Of a DNA stretch of 64,000 nucleotides, positions 40,067 to 54,145 are shown one piece after another. Made by a program: the position numbers and the translations under genes. Source of the stretch: Octopus vulgaris (lineage: Eukaryota). Where the stretch lies: contig OX597835.1 of NCBI GenBank assembly GCA_951406725.2, positions 32,426,001 through 32,490,000 on the forward strand, read 5' to 3'. The notes below the pieces were generated by a model that was given only the letters and a program-made list of their open reading frames with translations, did not search any database and had not been told where the DNA came from. Every line of letters begins with the position of its first letter. The stretch's first letter is position 1.

Positions 40067-40976
40067 TTATATAGTTTTCTATATATATATATATATATTT
40101 ATGACAGGCTTGTTTCAGTTTCTGTATATCAGATCCACTCACAAAGCTTTGCTCAGCCTGAGACTATAGTAGAAGGCACTTGCCTAGGGTGCTACACAGT
40201 GGGCCTGAACCCAGAACGATGTGGTTGTGAATCAAGCTTCTTATCACACAGCCATGCCTGCACCTATCATAAAATATTAGAATGAAATGACACTGCTTGT
40301 ATGACAGTGACTTTCATTTACAGCTACCTTGCAACATCAAGACAAAATGTCACACAAACACCCATACAAATATAGGTGTGGATGTGTGGTAAGCAGCTCA
40401 CTTTCCCAACAGCATGGTTGCAGGTTCAGTTTCATTGCATGGTGTTTTGGGTAATACTATAACAGTGGGCTGACCAAAACCTTATGAATGGATTTGGTAG
40501 ATGGAAACTGAAAGAAGGCCATTGGAAACCTATATTTGTGTGTGTGTGTGTCTTTGTGCCTGCATTTGTCCCCTACCACTGCTTTACAACTGATGATGGT
40601 GTGTTTTTGTCCCCCTGACTTAAAAGTTTGACAAAGAGGATGTTTGATTTAGAAGTTTGACAAACATAATACACACGTATAAATATACGTGTGTATTATG
40701 TTAGAAAATATCTCTGTATATGTAGCTATGTGTTTTCTTTGTATGTATAAAGTTAAAATTATCCAGCTAAGAATCTCTGTAATTCTGTTTGTCCTAACTT
40801 GAATTTCTAGTTTCTTACAATTTCTTACTTCCTTTATCAGACTAAACAATCGCAAAGTCTTCCAAACTATTTACTTTCATGGTTTCCTTTCCATTTTGTT
40901 TTTTATTTTATATTTTACAGTTTTTAAAAATATATTTTTAATCATTTATTCATTTATTTGTTTTTGTTCTTTCCAG

Positions 40977-41032
40977 AAAACCGTTCTTCACAGTGCTTCA
41001 AACACCACAAAGCAAGGCGATGGTTACGTAAG
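40977..41032 (+). CDS. MFSD11: MFSD11 coding exon 2
   Basis: ttccag|KTVLHSASNTTKQGDGYV(S)|gtagac; phase 0 to 2; matches QTVIRS..GSGYTS. Confidence 0.88.
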
Positions 41033-41850
41033 GTAGACACATATTCCTTTGTTAATATCACTTGTAATCAATTTGGCCAATAAACAGAAAGAAATGTAGT
41101 ACATTGGACTAAATGTCATGAAGTATAGGCGTAGGAGTGGCTGTGTGGGAAGTAGCTTGCTTACCAACCACATGGTTCTGGGTTCAGTCCCACTGCATGG
41201 CACCTTGGGCAAGTGTCTTCTGCTATAGCTTCAGGCTGACCAAAGCCTTGTGAGTGGATTTGGTAGATGGAAACTGAAAGAAGCCTGTCATATATGTATA
41301 TATATATGCGTGTGTGTGTGTTTGTGTTTGTCCCCCTAGCATTGCTTGACAACCGATGCTGGTGTGTTTATGTCCCCGTCACTTAGCAGTTCGGCAAAAG
41401 AGACCGATAGAATAAGTACTGGGCTTACAAAAGAATAAGTCCCGGGGTCAAGTTGCTCGATTAAAGGCGGTGCTCCAGCATGGCCGCAGTCAAATGACTG
41501 AAACAAATAAAGAGTATATATAGGCGCAGGAGTAGCTGTGTGGGAAGTAGCTTGCTTACCAACCACATGGCTGGTAAAAATGAGTAATCCTGCGATGACA
41601 GACTGGCATCCTGTCCAGGGAGGAATATACACGCCATAGAAAATGAGAAACTAGGATTCTGGCCCTATGCTCTTTACAGAGTTATATAAACTAACCAACC
41701 AGAGGGATATCGAAGAGAGCAGGGGAGGGCAGTTGGATAATAATTATCATAGTAACAGTGAAGCTCTTATTATTTCTGTTGTTGTTGAATGTTGTTGTGG
41801 CGGTTGTGATGTATAAATTTGTGTAATGTTTTTCCTTTCCTTTCATCTAG

Positions 41851-41958
41851 TCTTGGTGTTATTTACACAACGTTCGCCCTCTGTAACTGGATCGCTCCTG
41901 TTATTATATTCTTGTGTGGCACCAAGATCTCAATGATAGTGGGTGGTGTCACATATCT
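41851..41958 (+). CDS. MFSD11: MFSD11 coding exon 3
   Basis: ctag|(S)LGVIYTTFALCNWIAPVIIFLCGTKISMIVGGVTY(L)|gtgagt. Confidence 0.92.
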
Positions 41959-42842
41959 GTGAGTATAACTATGTATTTATATTATCGTCATAATCATCCA
42001 TCGTAATCATCATCATTGTAATCACCACCACAACCATCATCATTTTGGTACCACCATCATCATCATTGTCATCATCATATCATCATTACTCATCATCATC
42101 ACCATTATCAACACCATCATCATTATCACATCACCACAATCATCATTGTCATCATCATCATCATATATCTCCTCTTTATTCTGTTATTCACAACTACACA
42201 TCACCATATCTTCATATCCTTTCCTTCACGTCCTATATGTCGTACCTGTTTACGGCCAAGTAAACTGGAACTTCAGAGTGAAGTGTACCATTTTACAAAC
42301 ATGGCATAACAGCTTTGCCAATATTTGAACCTCTGATGCTTTAGTTTGTGGATTGCAGCAATGTGATAAGCAGAGCCAACACAGACCAATGGGAGGCCCC
42401 TTACTTGGTCACTCAGCCTGTTGATAAAAGCACCCAAAATTTCCCCTAATCACAGTTCAAAAAGGTCACCTTGTACTAGGTTGGAAAGTAAGTCTTCTCA
42501 CATTTCAAGAGAGGGAATAAACAAATGTTTTATTGGTATTAATTGATATATATTTCATTACTACCCACAAGGGGCTAAACACAGAGGGGACAAACAAAGA
42601 CCTACATCGACCCCAGTGTGTAACTGGTAGTTAATTTATCGACCCCGAAAGTATGAAAGGCAAAGTCAACCTCAGCGGAATTTGAACTCAGAATGTAACG
42701 AGAGATGAAATACGGCTACGCACTTTGCCCGGCCTGCTAACGTTTCTGCCAGCTTGCTGCCTTTGTTGGTACTAATTGATATATTTAATTAAGATAATAT
42801 TTCTCCTCGTTATTCATAACATAATTGCATCTACAGTTCTAT

Positions 42843-43010
42843 ACGAGGAATTTTGTACATTATTTACATTGTTTACATTTGACGGATATTTGTCCTCATT
42901 TTGTTTGTTGTTAACACACCGTTTCGGCTGATATACTCTCCAGCCTTCTTCAGGTGTCTTGGGGAAATTTCGAACCTGGGTTCTGATTCCTAATGTATTT
43001 TTCACTGTTG
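42843..43010 (-). mobile_element. Short element with a hammerhead motif at 42913-42958
   Basis: gacac-CTGAAGA-a ggctgg agagtata tcagcc-GAAA-cg-GT-gtgtt; U16.1 appears mutated to G. Confidence 0.6.
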
Positions 43011-43023
43011 CTGTTATTATTAT

Positions 43024-44140
43024 TAAAATCTTCCCCCAAACCTTAGTCACAATTTATGTTCCTAACACCAGCTTACCCCTTTCATTACTGTATTTATTTT
43101 GAGATGCTCTGTGTTTCTTTCAATTATTTTAAATATAACAAAGAATTTAGTAAAATAACTTAGTTATCATTAAGCTAGTGTCAGGAAGATAAATTGTGAC
43201 TAAGGTTTGGTGGAAGATTTTAATTCAAAATTTATGAAAACAAGATATTTATACTAAAGAGCCAGAGCCGGTTTTAGCCAGGTTGGTAATGAAAGGGTTA
43301 ATGATAACAAAGTTATTTTACTAAATTCTTTTAATTCAAAACTTATGAAAACAAGACATTTGTACTACAGAGCCAGAGGCGGTTTCAGCCGGGTTGATAC
43401 AGAAAGGGTTAAATAGCCAATAAATATAACGATGTAACATTATTGGATATATCAATTTTACATATTAAATGCCTCCCTGGAAGCTGGATGTGGTATTTTG
43501 TTATGCTGCCATAATATACTATAACGTATATTAAACTGTTTTATAATTCAACACCATGTTCTACTGTGTTAGCAGTGCTATTTACATCACTTGTTAAGGT
43601 TTTCTCCACAGGTTTTTTTATAAAAATTATCGCTAGCACTAATTTTGTTATGTTTCATATCCAAGACGCCAGATGTTAACAACAAGGCTGAAGATGTGAA
43701 ATGGGTGATGGGTGTATATGCGATATTTTGGTGGGGTTTTTGCCCCTTCATCAGCACCCATCCAACCTTTTAATCATCCCCAAACACTTTGCTTAACCTG
43801 TTCGTTGCTGTATTTATTTTGAGATGCTCTGTGTTTCTTTCAATTACTTTAAATATAACAAAGAGTATAGTAAAATAACTTAGTTACCATTAAGCTAGTG
43901 TTAAGAACATAAATTGTGACTAAGGTTTGGTGGAAGATTTTAATTCAAAACTTATGTAAACAAGACATTTGTATTACGGAGCCAGAGGCGGTTTCAGCCG
44001 GGTTAATACAGAAAGGGTTAAATAGCCAATAAATATAGCAATGTAACAATATGCAATATGCAATATTTTGGTGGGGTTTTTGCCCCTTCATCAGCACCCA
44101 TCTACCCCTTTAATCATCCCCAAACACTTTGCTTAAATAG
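43024..44140. mobile_element. Cluster of nested and duplicated piggyBac-type (TTAA) MITEs (other copies 55080-55309, 55332-55450; related family 57571-57797)
   Basis: TTAACCCTTT...AAAGGGTTAA termini; one copy (43074-43301) sits in the internal TTAA of an inverted copy; local tandem duplication. Confidence 0.8.
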
Positions 44141-46294
44141 CTACTATATACAGCAGTGTAACTTTATTGGGTATACCAATTTTACATATGAAACTCCATC
44201 CTGGAAGTTGCTACCTACAAGTCCTTAGTGGTACATTACAGTCCCCGACAGAATGGTCATATTGCTGTACTACTAATGATAGAGTCTACTAAATCAGGGA
44301 AAACCTAGAGCTAAAAAACAATAGCTCACATGGTTCATTGTCTTTCAACATCAAAATTAGACAAATAAATCTCTTTTTATCTTAATGTTTAATCAAAAGG
44401 AAGTGTCAGTGACCTCAAGAGCTAATTCCGTGTTTAAAGTTCAGTGGTGGTTCAAATACAAATTGTTGGAGATAATAAATATAATTTGAAAAATCCACTA
44501 TACACAATCAAGTTAGTATTTAATTAAAATAGTCATCTGTGTATTATACTTAATGTATACACACCATTGATAGGCCATTGCCTGCAGTATTTGTCCTGTG
44601 ATAGTATCTCTTATGGATGCGTTGTATTAAAACCACCATGAATATCCGAGAGATGCAAGAGTGGCTGTGTGGTGAGTGGCTTGCTTCCCAACCACATGGC
44701 TTCGAGTTCAGTCCCACTGTGTAGCACCTTGGGCAAGTGTCTTCTATTATAGCCTCGAGCCGTCCAGGGCCTTGTGAGTGGATTTGGTAGACGGAAACTG
44801 AAGAAAGCCCGTTGTATATATGTGTGTATATATATGTGTGTGTGTTTGTGTGTGTGTGTTTGTCAGCATCACTTGACAACCGATGCTGGTGTGTTTGCGT
44901 CCCCATAACTAAGCAGTTCGACAAAAGAGACCGATAGAGTAAGTACTAAGTTTACAAAGAATAAGTCCTGGGTCGATTTGTTTGACTAAAGGCGGTGCTC
45001 CAGTATGGCTGCAGTCACATGACTGAAACAAGTAAAAGAGAGGGAGAGAGATTGATTCATCCCAGCTGTAGGCTGAAAGAATGCTAGATGCATTGATTGG
45101 CTGAGCGTATGCACCAATGCAAAAGGACTGAAATGCACTGGAAGCTCTCATTGGTCACAGCTGGAATGACTTTTCATCTGTCTCTGATATTTATTGTATT
45201 TTTAGTCCATAAGCAAGTCCATAAGAAATGTTATTTCAGGCCAAAATAGTGCAACAACTGGCCTATCAACAATGTATATACATTATGTATGATATATAGA
45301 TGGCTGCCATCATTATCATCATCATCATCATCATCGTTTAATGTCCGTTTTCCATGCTAGCATGGGTTGGACGTTTCGACCGGGGTCTGGGAAGCCAGGA
45401 GGCTGCACCAGGCTCCAGTCTGATCTGGCAGTGTTTCTACAGCTAGATGCCCTTCCTAACGTGAGTGTAGTGGGTGCTTTGTACATGCCACCGGCACAGG
45501 TGCCAGGGGAGGCTGGCAACGGCCACGATTGTTTGGTGCCTTTTACATGCCACCGACACGGAAGCCAGTCAAGGCGGCGCTACCTTTCACTCTGTGAGTG
45601 TAGTGGGTGCTTTTAATGTGCCACCGACACAAGAGCCAGAGGAGACTGGCAACGGCCATGATCGGTTGGTGCTTTTTACATGTCACCAGCACGGAAGCCA
45701 GCCAAGGTTGCGCTGGCATTGGCCACATTCGGATGGTGCTTTTTACGTGCCACCAGCACAGGTATTACAACTACAGTTTCCATTTGATTTTTATTTTGAT
45801 GTTGAAGCACATATATATAGGCACAGGAGTGGCTGTGTGGTAAGTAGCTTGTCTACCAACCACATGGTTCCGGGTTCAGTCTCACTGCGTGGCACCTTGG
45901 GCAAGTGTCTTCTACTATAGCCTTGGGCCGACCAAAGCCTTGTGAGTGGATTTGGTAGCCGGAAACTGAAAGAAGCCCGTCGTATATATATGTATATATA
46001 TATATGTGTGCGTGTGTGTGTGTTTATATGTCTGTGTTTGTCCCCTAGCATTGCTTGACAACCGATGCTGGTGTGTTTATGTCCTCGTTACTTGGCGGTT
46101 CAGCGAAGGAGACCGATAGAATAAGTACTGGGCTTACAAAAGAATAAGTCCCGGGGTCGAGTTGCTCGATTAAAGGCTGTGCTCCAGCATGGCCGCAGTC
46201 AAATGACTGAAACAAGTAACAGAGTATATATATATGTATATATTATATTAATTAGAGACAAATTTTTCCCTGTAAATTTGGATTTATTCCCTGA

Positions 46295-46338
<44 letters not shown>

Positions 46339-46727
46339 GATACAGATATTCTATAATTATAAACATAACTACGATTAGGGGCCAGCCAACTGCTCCGCCA
46401 CGCACCGAATCCAGAAGTAGGAGCCAAAATTCCTTTCTACTACCGTAAAGGAGTTTTCAGAAGAGTTGGTTGAAAATCAGTTATACAATGGCACTCGATC
46501 GCATACATATTTAATCCTAACACTCTCGAATTTATATTTTGAAATGCTGCACTAAAGATAAGAAATAAGTAAATAAATATAACCTTACTTTAATCTCAAG
46601 TTGTGTGGATTCGTTATTTTTTTCTTTTTGCCTACGTAAAAAATGTTTTACTGTCTGGGAGATCTTTTACGGTAGTAGAAAAATACCATTCATCAATTAC
46701 ATTTTTGTTAAATGTTTTATTTTCCAG

Positions 46728-46807
46728 ACTGTTTATCTTGTCTTTCCTGAAACCAATATATTGGACTCTCTATTTTGGATCCGTCCTGATAGGATTTGGA
46801 GCAGCAG
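46728..46807 (+). CDS. MFSD11: MFSD11 coding exon 4
   Basis: ttccag|(L)LFILSFLKPIYWTLYFGSVLIGFGAA|gtaatt. Confidence 0.92.
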
Positions 46808-48946
46808 GTAATTGTTTAATCCTATATTAACCATTCAATGTTGATCTGGAACATTGGCAACCAAAAGTTTCTATGTTGTTACTTTTTTCTTCTTCACTCT
46901 TTTGTTACCAAATGCCAGTTGAAATACATTGTCTTTGTTTTAATTACTCATTAAAGTAATAGGCGCAGGAGTGGCTGTGTGGTAAGTAGCTTGCTTACCA
47001 ACCACATGGTTCCGGGTTCAGTCCCACTGCGTGGCACCTTGGGCAAGTGTCTTCCACTATAGCCTCGGGCTGACCAAAGCCTTGTGAGTGGATTTTGTTG
47101 ACGGAAACTGAAAGAAGCCCGTCATATATATATGTGTGTGGGTGTGTGTGTTTGTTCCCCCCAACATTGCTTGACAACCGATGGTGCTGTGTTTGCATCC
47201 CCGTAACTTAGCGGTTCGGCAAGAGAGACCGATAGAATAAGTACTAGGCTTACAAAAATAAGTTCTGAGGTCGATTTGCTCGACTAAAGGTGGTGCTCCA
47301 GCATGGCCACTGTCAAATGACTGAAACAAAAAGAAGAATAGAAGAATAAAAGTAATGAAATAATGAAATAATTTTCTCCATGGGTGCAAGCATGGCAAAC
47401 GGGTTAAGAACCTTGCTTTGCAACCATGTGGTTTCAGGTTCAATCCTCCTGCATAACACCTAGGGCCAGTGTCTTCTGTTTTAGCCACAGACTGACCAAA
47501 GCCTTGTGATCAAATTTGGTAGATAGATGCTGTGGCAGTCTGTTGTCATCATCATCATCATTTAACGTCCGCTTTCCATGCTAGCATGGGTTGGACAATT
47601 TGACTGAGGGCTGGCGAACCAGATGGCTGCACAAGGCTCCAATCTGGATCTGGCAGAGTTTCTGCAGCTGGATGCCCTTCCTAACGCCAACCACTCCAAG
47701 AGTGTAGTGGGTGCTTTTATGTGCCACCGGCACGAGGGCCAGTCTGGCGGCCATGCACAAATGGTGTTTTTTTTACGTGCCACCTGCACAGGAGTCAGTC
47801 CAGTGGCACTGACAACGACCTCACTCAAATGTTTTGTTCATGTGCCACCAGCACAAGTGCCAGTAAGGTGACGCTGGTAACGATCACGCTCAAATGGTGC
47901 TTTTTACATGCCACTGGCACGGAAGCCAGACCGCTGCTGTGAGTGTGATCCTGTTCAGATGGTGTAGGATCACTGCCAGAGCAGCTGTCTGTTGTATATA
48001 TATATATGTATGTGATTCTGTGTACGAAATACACTCACAAAGGATTATTTGGCCCAGAGTTATAGTAGAAATCACTTGCTGAAGGGGCCACGCTGTGGAA
48101 CTGAACATAAAACTACATGGCTGGGAAACAAGCTTCATAACCACCCAGCTACACCTGCACCTACATCATTTATTTATGTAATGTCTGTATGATTTACCAT
48201 TTTAAGCCTGACCTTCGAACATTGGTCTTCACCGAGGCAATGATTAGTGACCGGGACCTCTAGAACAATGCTGTGCTTGTGAAGACTTAGCAAGTGCAAG
48301 TGAGACCATAACCTTGTGACTTATGCCAGGGGTGTAACCAGTCCACTTATGTATACCTTTCCTTCATTGGACACTAAACTCTGCTTGTGAAGACCTGTTG
48401 AGGCAAGTGAAATCGAAATCAATTTCGATGATAGGCATCCATTGCTAGTGGAGCGCTAAGAGTACCATACAAGCGAGATCGTTGCCAGAGCAACAAGCTG
48501 GCCTCTGTACTGATGGCATGTTAAACACACCATTCGAGCGTGATCATTACCTGCATCACCTTACTGGCACTTGTGCTGGTGGCACGTGAGAAAACATTCG
48601 AGTGAAGTTGTTGCCAGTGCCGCTGGACTGGCTTCTGTGCAGGTGGCACATAAAAAGCACCATTTGAGCGTGGCCATTGCCAGTACCGCCTAACTGGCCC
48701 TCATGCTGGTGGCACATAAAAGCACCCACTACACTCTCAGAGCAGTTGGCGTTAGGAAGGGCACCCAGCTGTTGAAACTCTGCCAGATCAGACTGGAGCC
48801 TGGTGCAGCCATCTTGTTAGCCAGACCTCAGTCAAATCGTCCAATCCAAGCTAACATGGAAAGCGGACGTTAAACGATGATGATGATGATGATCTGAAAA
48901 TAATACAGAAACTAATAATAATTTCTTTTGAACTTCGTCATTTCAG

Positions 48947-49043
48947 TTATTTGGACAGCACAAGGGGCATTTCTCACCAACAACTCGAACTCAGAGACAA
49001 TGTCTAGGAACAGTGGAATATTTTGGGCTCTTTTACAGTGCAG
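48947..49043 (+). CDS. MFSD11: MFSD11 coding exon 5
   Basis: tttcag|(V)IWTAQGAFLTNNSNSETMSRNSGIFWALLQC(S)|gtaagt; hallmark WTAQG and RNSGIFWALLQ. Confidence 0.96.
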
Positions 49044-49953
49044 GTAAGTTTGGCATGGATGGCTGCACAGAGACGTGTTTGTGTGAGTGTGTGTATATAT
49101 ATCCAGGTTTAGGTGTAATAAGATATGTATTGATGTGTGTACGTGTATGGATGTGAACATATTTCAGTATATGTGTGTTGTGTGTATACAGATATATGTA
49201 TAATGAGGTGTATATAGGTGCAGATGTAAACATATAGATTTTAGATTTTCTACCATTGAACCAAAGTGACCCTCCAAATTTTTTCCATCCATTTTAGTAG
49301 TTGAGGGAACCTGTGGAAGAGGTAGACCTGGGATGAGGTGGTGAAGGATGAGTGAAAATACCTAAAGCTGCACGAGGCCCCAGCAGGGGGTGGGGTGGGG
49401 GTGGCAAACCCTGTTTTCACCACAACTTTCTTGCACTCTTTCTTCCTGTTTCTGTGGTACTTGTACTTCAAAGCACCAGCCTTGTCCCACTCTGTGTCAC
49501 GCTGAATATCTCTGGGAACTACGTTAAGGGTACATGTGTCTGTGGAGTGCTCAGCCACTTGCATGTTAATTTCACAAGCAGGTTCCGTTGACTGGATCAA
49601 CTGGAACCCTCATCTTTGTAACCGACAGAGTGCCACAATATATATATATGTGGAGGCGCAATGGTCCAGTGGTTAGGGCAGCGAACTCGCGGTCGTAGGA
49701 TCTCGGTTTCGATTCCCAGGCTGGGCGTTGTGAGTGTTTATTGAGCAAAAACACCTAAAAAGCTCCACGAGGCTCCAGCAGGGGGTGGTGATCCCTGCTG
49801 TACTCTTTCGCCACTCTTTCTCCCACTCTTTCTTCAGTTGGCCTGCTCGCTTAGCCAGCGGGGTGGCGTCATTCGAAGGCTGAAAACAATGCGAACGCAT
49901 TGTGACCAGCAATGTGTAACAACATCTGATGGTCTGGTCGGTCACGTGACATG

Positions 49954-49992
<39 letters not shown>

Positions 49993-50898
49993 TCTGTGTG
50001 TGTGTTCCTTAAGTCTTTTAAAGATGTTCACTAAAGGATTTGTTAATTGCTTGTGATTTAAATATAAATCTTCCTTATAATTCAATTCTACTTCTTATCA
50101 AACGTTTTCTATTTCTATAACATATGTAAAATAGATTTATATATTTAATACGTTTGCATATTGTTGAATCAATATTTTCATATATATATATGTCGAGTGG
50201 TTGGCATAAGGAAGGGCATCCAACCATAGAAACCATGCCAAATCTGGCTGAAGTCTAGTGCAGCCCCTCAGCTTGCCAACCCTGGTCAAACCGTCCAAGC
50301 CCTACCAGCATGGATAATGAACATTAAGTGATGGTGTTGATATATATATATATATATATATATAAAGAGGAGGTGCAATGGCCCTGTGATTAGAGCAGCG
50401 GACTCACAGTTGTAGGATCGCAGTTTCGATTCCCAGACCGGGTGTTGTGAGTGTTTATTGAGCGAAAATACCTAAAGCTCCACGAGGCTCTGGCAGTGGG
50501 TGGTGGCGATCCCTGCTGTACTCTTTCACCACAGCTTTCTCTCACTCTTTCTTCTGTTGGGGTAGCATCATTTGAAGGCTAAAAGAATGCGAAGCGCATT
50601 GTGACCAGCGATGTATAGCAACATCTGACAGCCTGGTCAGTCACGGTGATATATATATATATGAAGCTGGAAATGGATTTTATGTTTGGGTCAGTCACCC
50701 AAAATTATGTAGCTTGCCCCCTTAGAAGAAATGCTTTTGTCCTATGCCTTATTTTTATTTGTTTTTCTTTTCTTTCATTCTGTTTCTTTTCTTTATTTGT
50801 TTGAATTTTTGCTTTTAGCCATTAATGTATGATTAAGCAGAAATGGAACTTTGTCAAACTACGAGACTTAAGTAACACCTCTTGTGTGCATGTGTATT

Positions 50899-50933
<35 letters not shown>

Positions 50934-51053
50934 AGGGAAGAAACAAATATTTGATGGCAATGGAACACTGTGGCATATCATTCTGTGACATTTTCTCCGA
51001 TTCCTTTGATTAATTTTGATCCCAATTTTCTTCTTTTCCCTGTTTTTACACAG

Positions 51054-51251
51054 TTTATTATGGGGTAACATCTACACTTATTTCACCTTCCAAGGAAAAG
51101 AAGTCATCAGTGACCAAATGCGATTACAGTTATTCGCTGGTCTCAGTGGCGCCTGTGGACTTGGTGTCCTTCTCTTATTTATTCTCAGATCAAAAGTTCC
51201 ACCTCCACCATTATCCACTGATGAACCTTCCATGGATAAGCTTGACTGCAG
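51054..51251 (+). CDS. MFSD11: MFSD11 coding exon 6
   Basis: cacag|(S)LLWGNIYTYFTFQGKEVISDQMRLQLFAGLSGACGLGVLLLFILRSK...LDC|gtaagc. Confidence 0.93.
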
Positions 51252-51478
51252 GTAAGCATATCTGAATAAGATAAAACTGTTCAAAATTTAGTGTCGTTAA
51301 ATAATCACAAATTACATTTGTCTTTTTAGATTTTTTTGTAAAACTTGTCCAAAAGGCAACAAGAATTTCCATGTAGCCCTTTTTAAACTAGGCATATCTG
51401 GCCCACATACCTGTTTTTATGTTCAAACTGACCAGGTCCTTCCTCCTTACAATGTATATTATAGCATTGACCAGACCA

Positions 51479-51881
51479 AAGGCAGCGAGCTGACAGAATC
51501 GTTAGCAAGGTGGGCAAAGTGCTCAGCGGTATTTCGTCTGCCGCTACGTTCTGAGTTCAAATTCCGTCGAGGTCGACTTTGCCTTTCATCCTTTCGGGGT
51601 CGATTAAATAAGTACCAGTTACGCACTGGGGTCGATGTAATCGACTTAATCCGTTTGTCTGTCCTTGTTTGTCCCCTCTGTGTTTAGCCCCTTGTGGGTA
51701 ATAAAGAAATAGGTATTTCGTCTGCCGCTACATTCTGAGTTCAAATTCCGCCGAGGTCGACTTTGCCTTTCATCCTTTCGGGGTCGATTAAATAAGTACA
51801 GTTACGCACTGGGGTCGATGTAATCAACTTAATCCGTTTGTCTGTCTGTGTTTAGCCCCTTGTGGGTAGTAAAGAAATAAG
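51479..51881 (+). mobile_element. Dimeric SINE family B with 13-bp TSD (inverted dimer at ~53348-53755)
   Basis: A full unit, then a second unit restarting at GGTATTTCGTCTGCC; flanked by ATTGACCAGACCA. Confidence 0.85.
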
Positions 51882-51893
51882 TATTGACCAGAC

Positions 51894-52644
51894 CAGGGGC
51901 CACCAAACTTTTTTGACCATTGACCCCCTTTAGCCATTTCTCCTAACACCATAACCACCCTCCTCATTTAAAATATCTTAATTTCCTACCCCACCATATG
52001 TGTATCAGGTACTGATGCTGGCAATTAAAATGTTAGCTAAAATATACATGTATTGCAAATTTAGAAATTTTATTAAAGACGACACACTATTTTACATTTA
52101 AAACTACGTGTACGAGTATACAAGTATTAAACTTTCAATTTTTATGGAATTGTTTTCACTGTTAGAAAATGTGAAAAACGCATCATATTGCTGGAATAAT
52201 TATTATTAAAACCGACAACCTAAATATGAGGTGGTATCACCATGGTGATCCTGATTTCAAGGCATTGATAACAGGCTGAATGTAGGTCAGTTTCAGTCTC
52301 ATATCACCGTGTTCATCCAAGTTCAGGCAATTTCTATAAGCAAACTCGTGACTGTCTGCATCCCCTCAATCACACCTCAATCTTTGATTACGATGCAGAT
52401 TACGACATCAGGCCTCAAATGTTATCAATAGCAGACTTCTCACTGCAGAGAAAATTTATCATGTTTTCCCACGTTTTATGGTGCTGGCTAAGTATTACAA
52501 ACAGTTCATCTGAGTGAGCTGGTCTTTCGCACGCCAACCCCCATTCGACCCCTTGGTTATCATTGACTCCTTGGCTATCATTGACCTCTTGTAATTCTTC
52601 ACCAATCCCTACAGGGTCCCACGGACTCCCTCTGGCAACCCCTG
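51894..52644 (-). mobile_element. Internally deleted hAT (Charlie/Buster-like) transposon
   Basis: Termini CAGGGGCCACCA / TGGCAACCCCTG, perfect 8-bp TSD GACCAGAC, minus-strand remnant RNCLNLDEHGDMRLKLTYIQP. Confidence 0.85.
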
Positions 52645-54145
52645 GACCAGACTCTCAGATGCTGCTATGCACCACTGCTCAGAACATGCTGTACATCATT
52701 TTAGGTCTCAAATGGTTTACCACTCCACTGGTTAAGGGAGCTGGCCAACATTCTCCCTGACTGGAGCACCAGTCTGTCTTGGAGTTACTCATTTACAGCA
52801 GAGTGGACTGGAGCAATGTGAAATGAAGTGTCTTGCTCAAGAACACAATGCACAGCCAATCTGAGAACCTGAAGCATAAGCTCATGATTGTAAATGCTAC
52901 ACTTGAACTGCGAGGCCAAACACCTTCACACACACATACATGCACACGCACACACATACACACCTTCACACACACACACCTTCACACACACACAAACACA
53001 CACACTTATTCATGACTTCACAATTATATATTAAACATTGCTCTTGTTTAGCCCCAGGTCAGACATGTGACTAAATATGTTCTGCAACCAACATCCATTT
53101 ATTATCAAGTCATTGAATATCTTGGAGTACATTATCCACTATGTTCTTTCCCTTTATCCAGATGGTAAGACGTGACATAAGGGAGATTCAGTTGCTATTT
53201 CTAGTAGGTTATTCAGCCACGAAAAATATTTCCGTCTTTGACTCTTTTAACCAAAGTCCAAAGTGATAGAGATTCTGATTCATTTGAATATTACGATGTT
53301 TGTTCTAATTCTTTAAAATCTGAGTGCCTAGACCAATGTTATGGACTTATTTCTTAACTGCCCACAGGGGGCTAAACATAGAGGGGACAAACAAGGACAG
53401 ACAGATGGATTAAGTCGATTACATCGACCCCAGTGCATAACTAGTACTTAATTTATCAACCCCAAAAGGGTGAAAGGCAAAGTCGACAAAAGCAAAATTT
53501 GAATTTAGAATGTAAAGGCAGACGAGATACCTATTTCTTTACTACCCACAAGGGGCTAAACACAGGAGACAAACAAGGACAGACAGACGGATTAAGTCAA
53601 TTATATGGACCCCAGTGCGTAACTTGTACTTATTTAATCAACCCCGAAAGGATGAAAGGCAAAGTCGACCTCAGCGGAATTTGAACTCAGAACGTAGCGG
53701 CAGACGAAATACTGCTAAGCATTTCGAGCGGTGTGCTAACGTTTCTGCCAGCTTAACTATGCTATGAACTTGTTTGTATCTAGACGACAGGATGTTGTGT
53801 CTTATAAGAGACATCTGCACAAAGGCAATAGGAAACCGCTTTTGAATTGTAAGGCCTCATAAATAATCCTATAACAGCAAACGATTTTTTTTTGGTTGTT
53901 AAGGAACTCACCAGGGTCATTTGTTGTTCTGATGGTCCAGAAAGAAGAAAGTACTTTATTGGCATTTCCCATTACCATATAGTGTATAGCACAAACATGT
54001 TATGTAATCATGTAGTGTAAACATGTTGTGTAAACATTCAAACATCATGACTCAATGACGCAGTTGATCTACTGATTTTTTTCTTTTGACTAACCTATTA
54101 AAATGAAAACTTTTTCACTTAGTTATTTTTATATTTTCATTTCAG

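Noticed and set aside
48560-48740. Repeated GGTGGCACxTAAAAAGCACC units with intervening sequence (also 45470-45760 and 58780-58940), superficially CRISPR-like
   Set aside because: The intervening segments are homologous to one another, so this is an internal minisatellite of a retroposon.
49651-49725. tRNA-like sequences (also 1868, 50368, 55655)
   Set aside because: SINE heads continuing into SINE bodies; no intact cloverleaf or acceptor stem, so not called tRNA genes.
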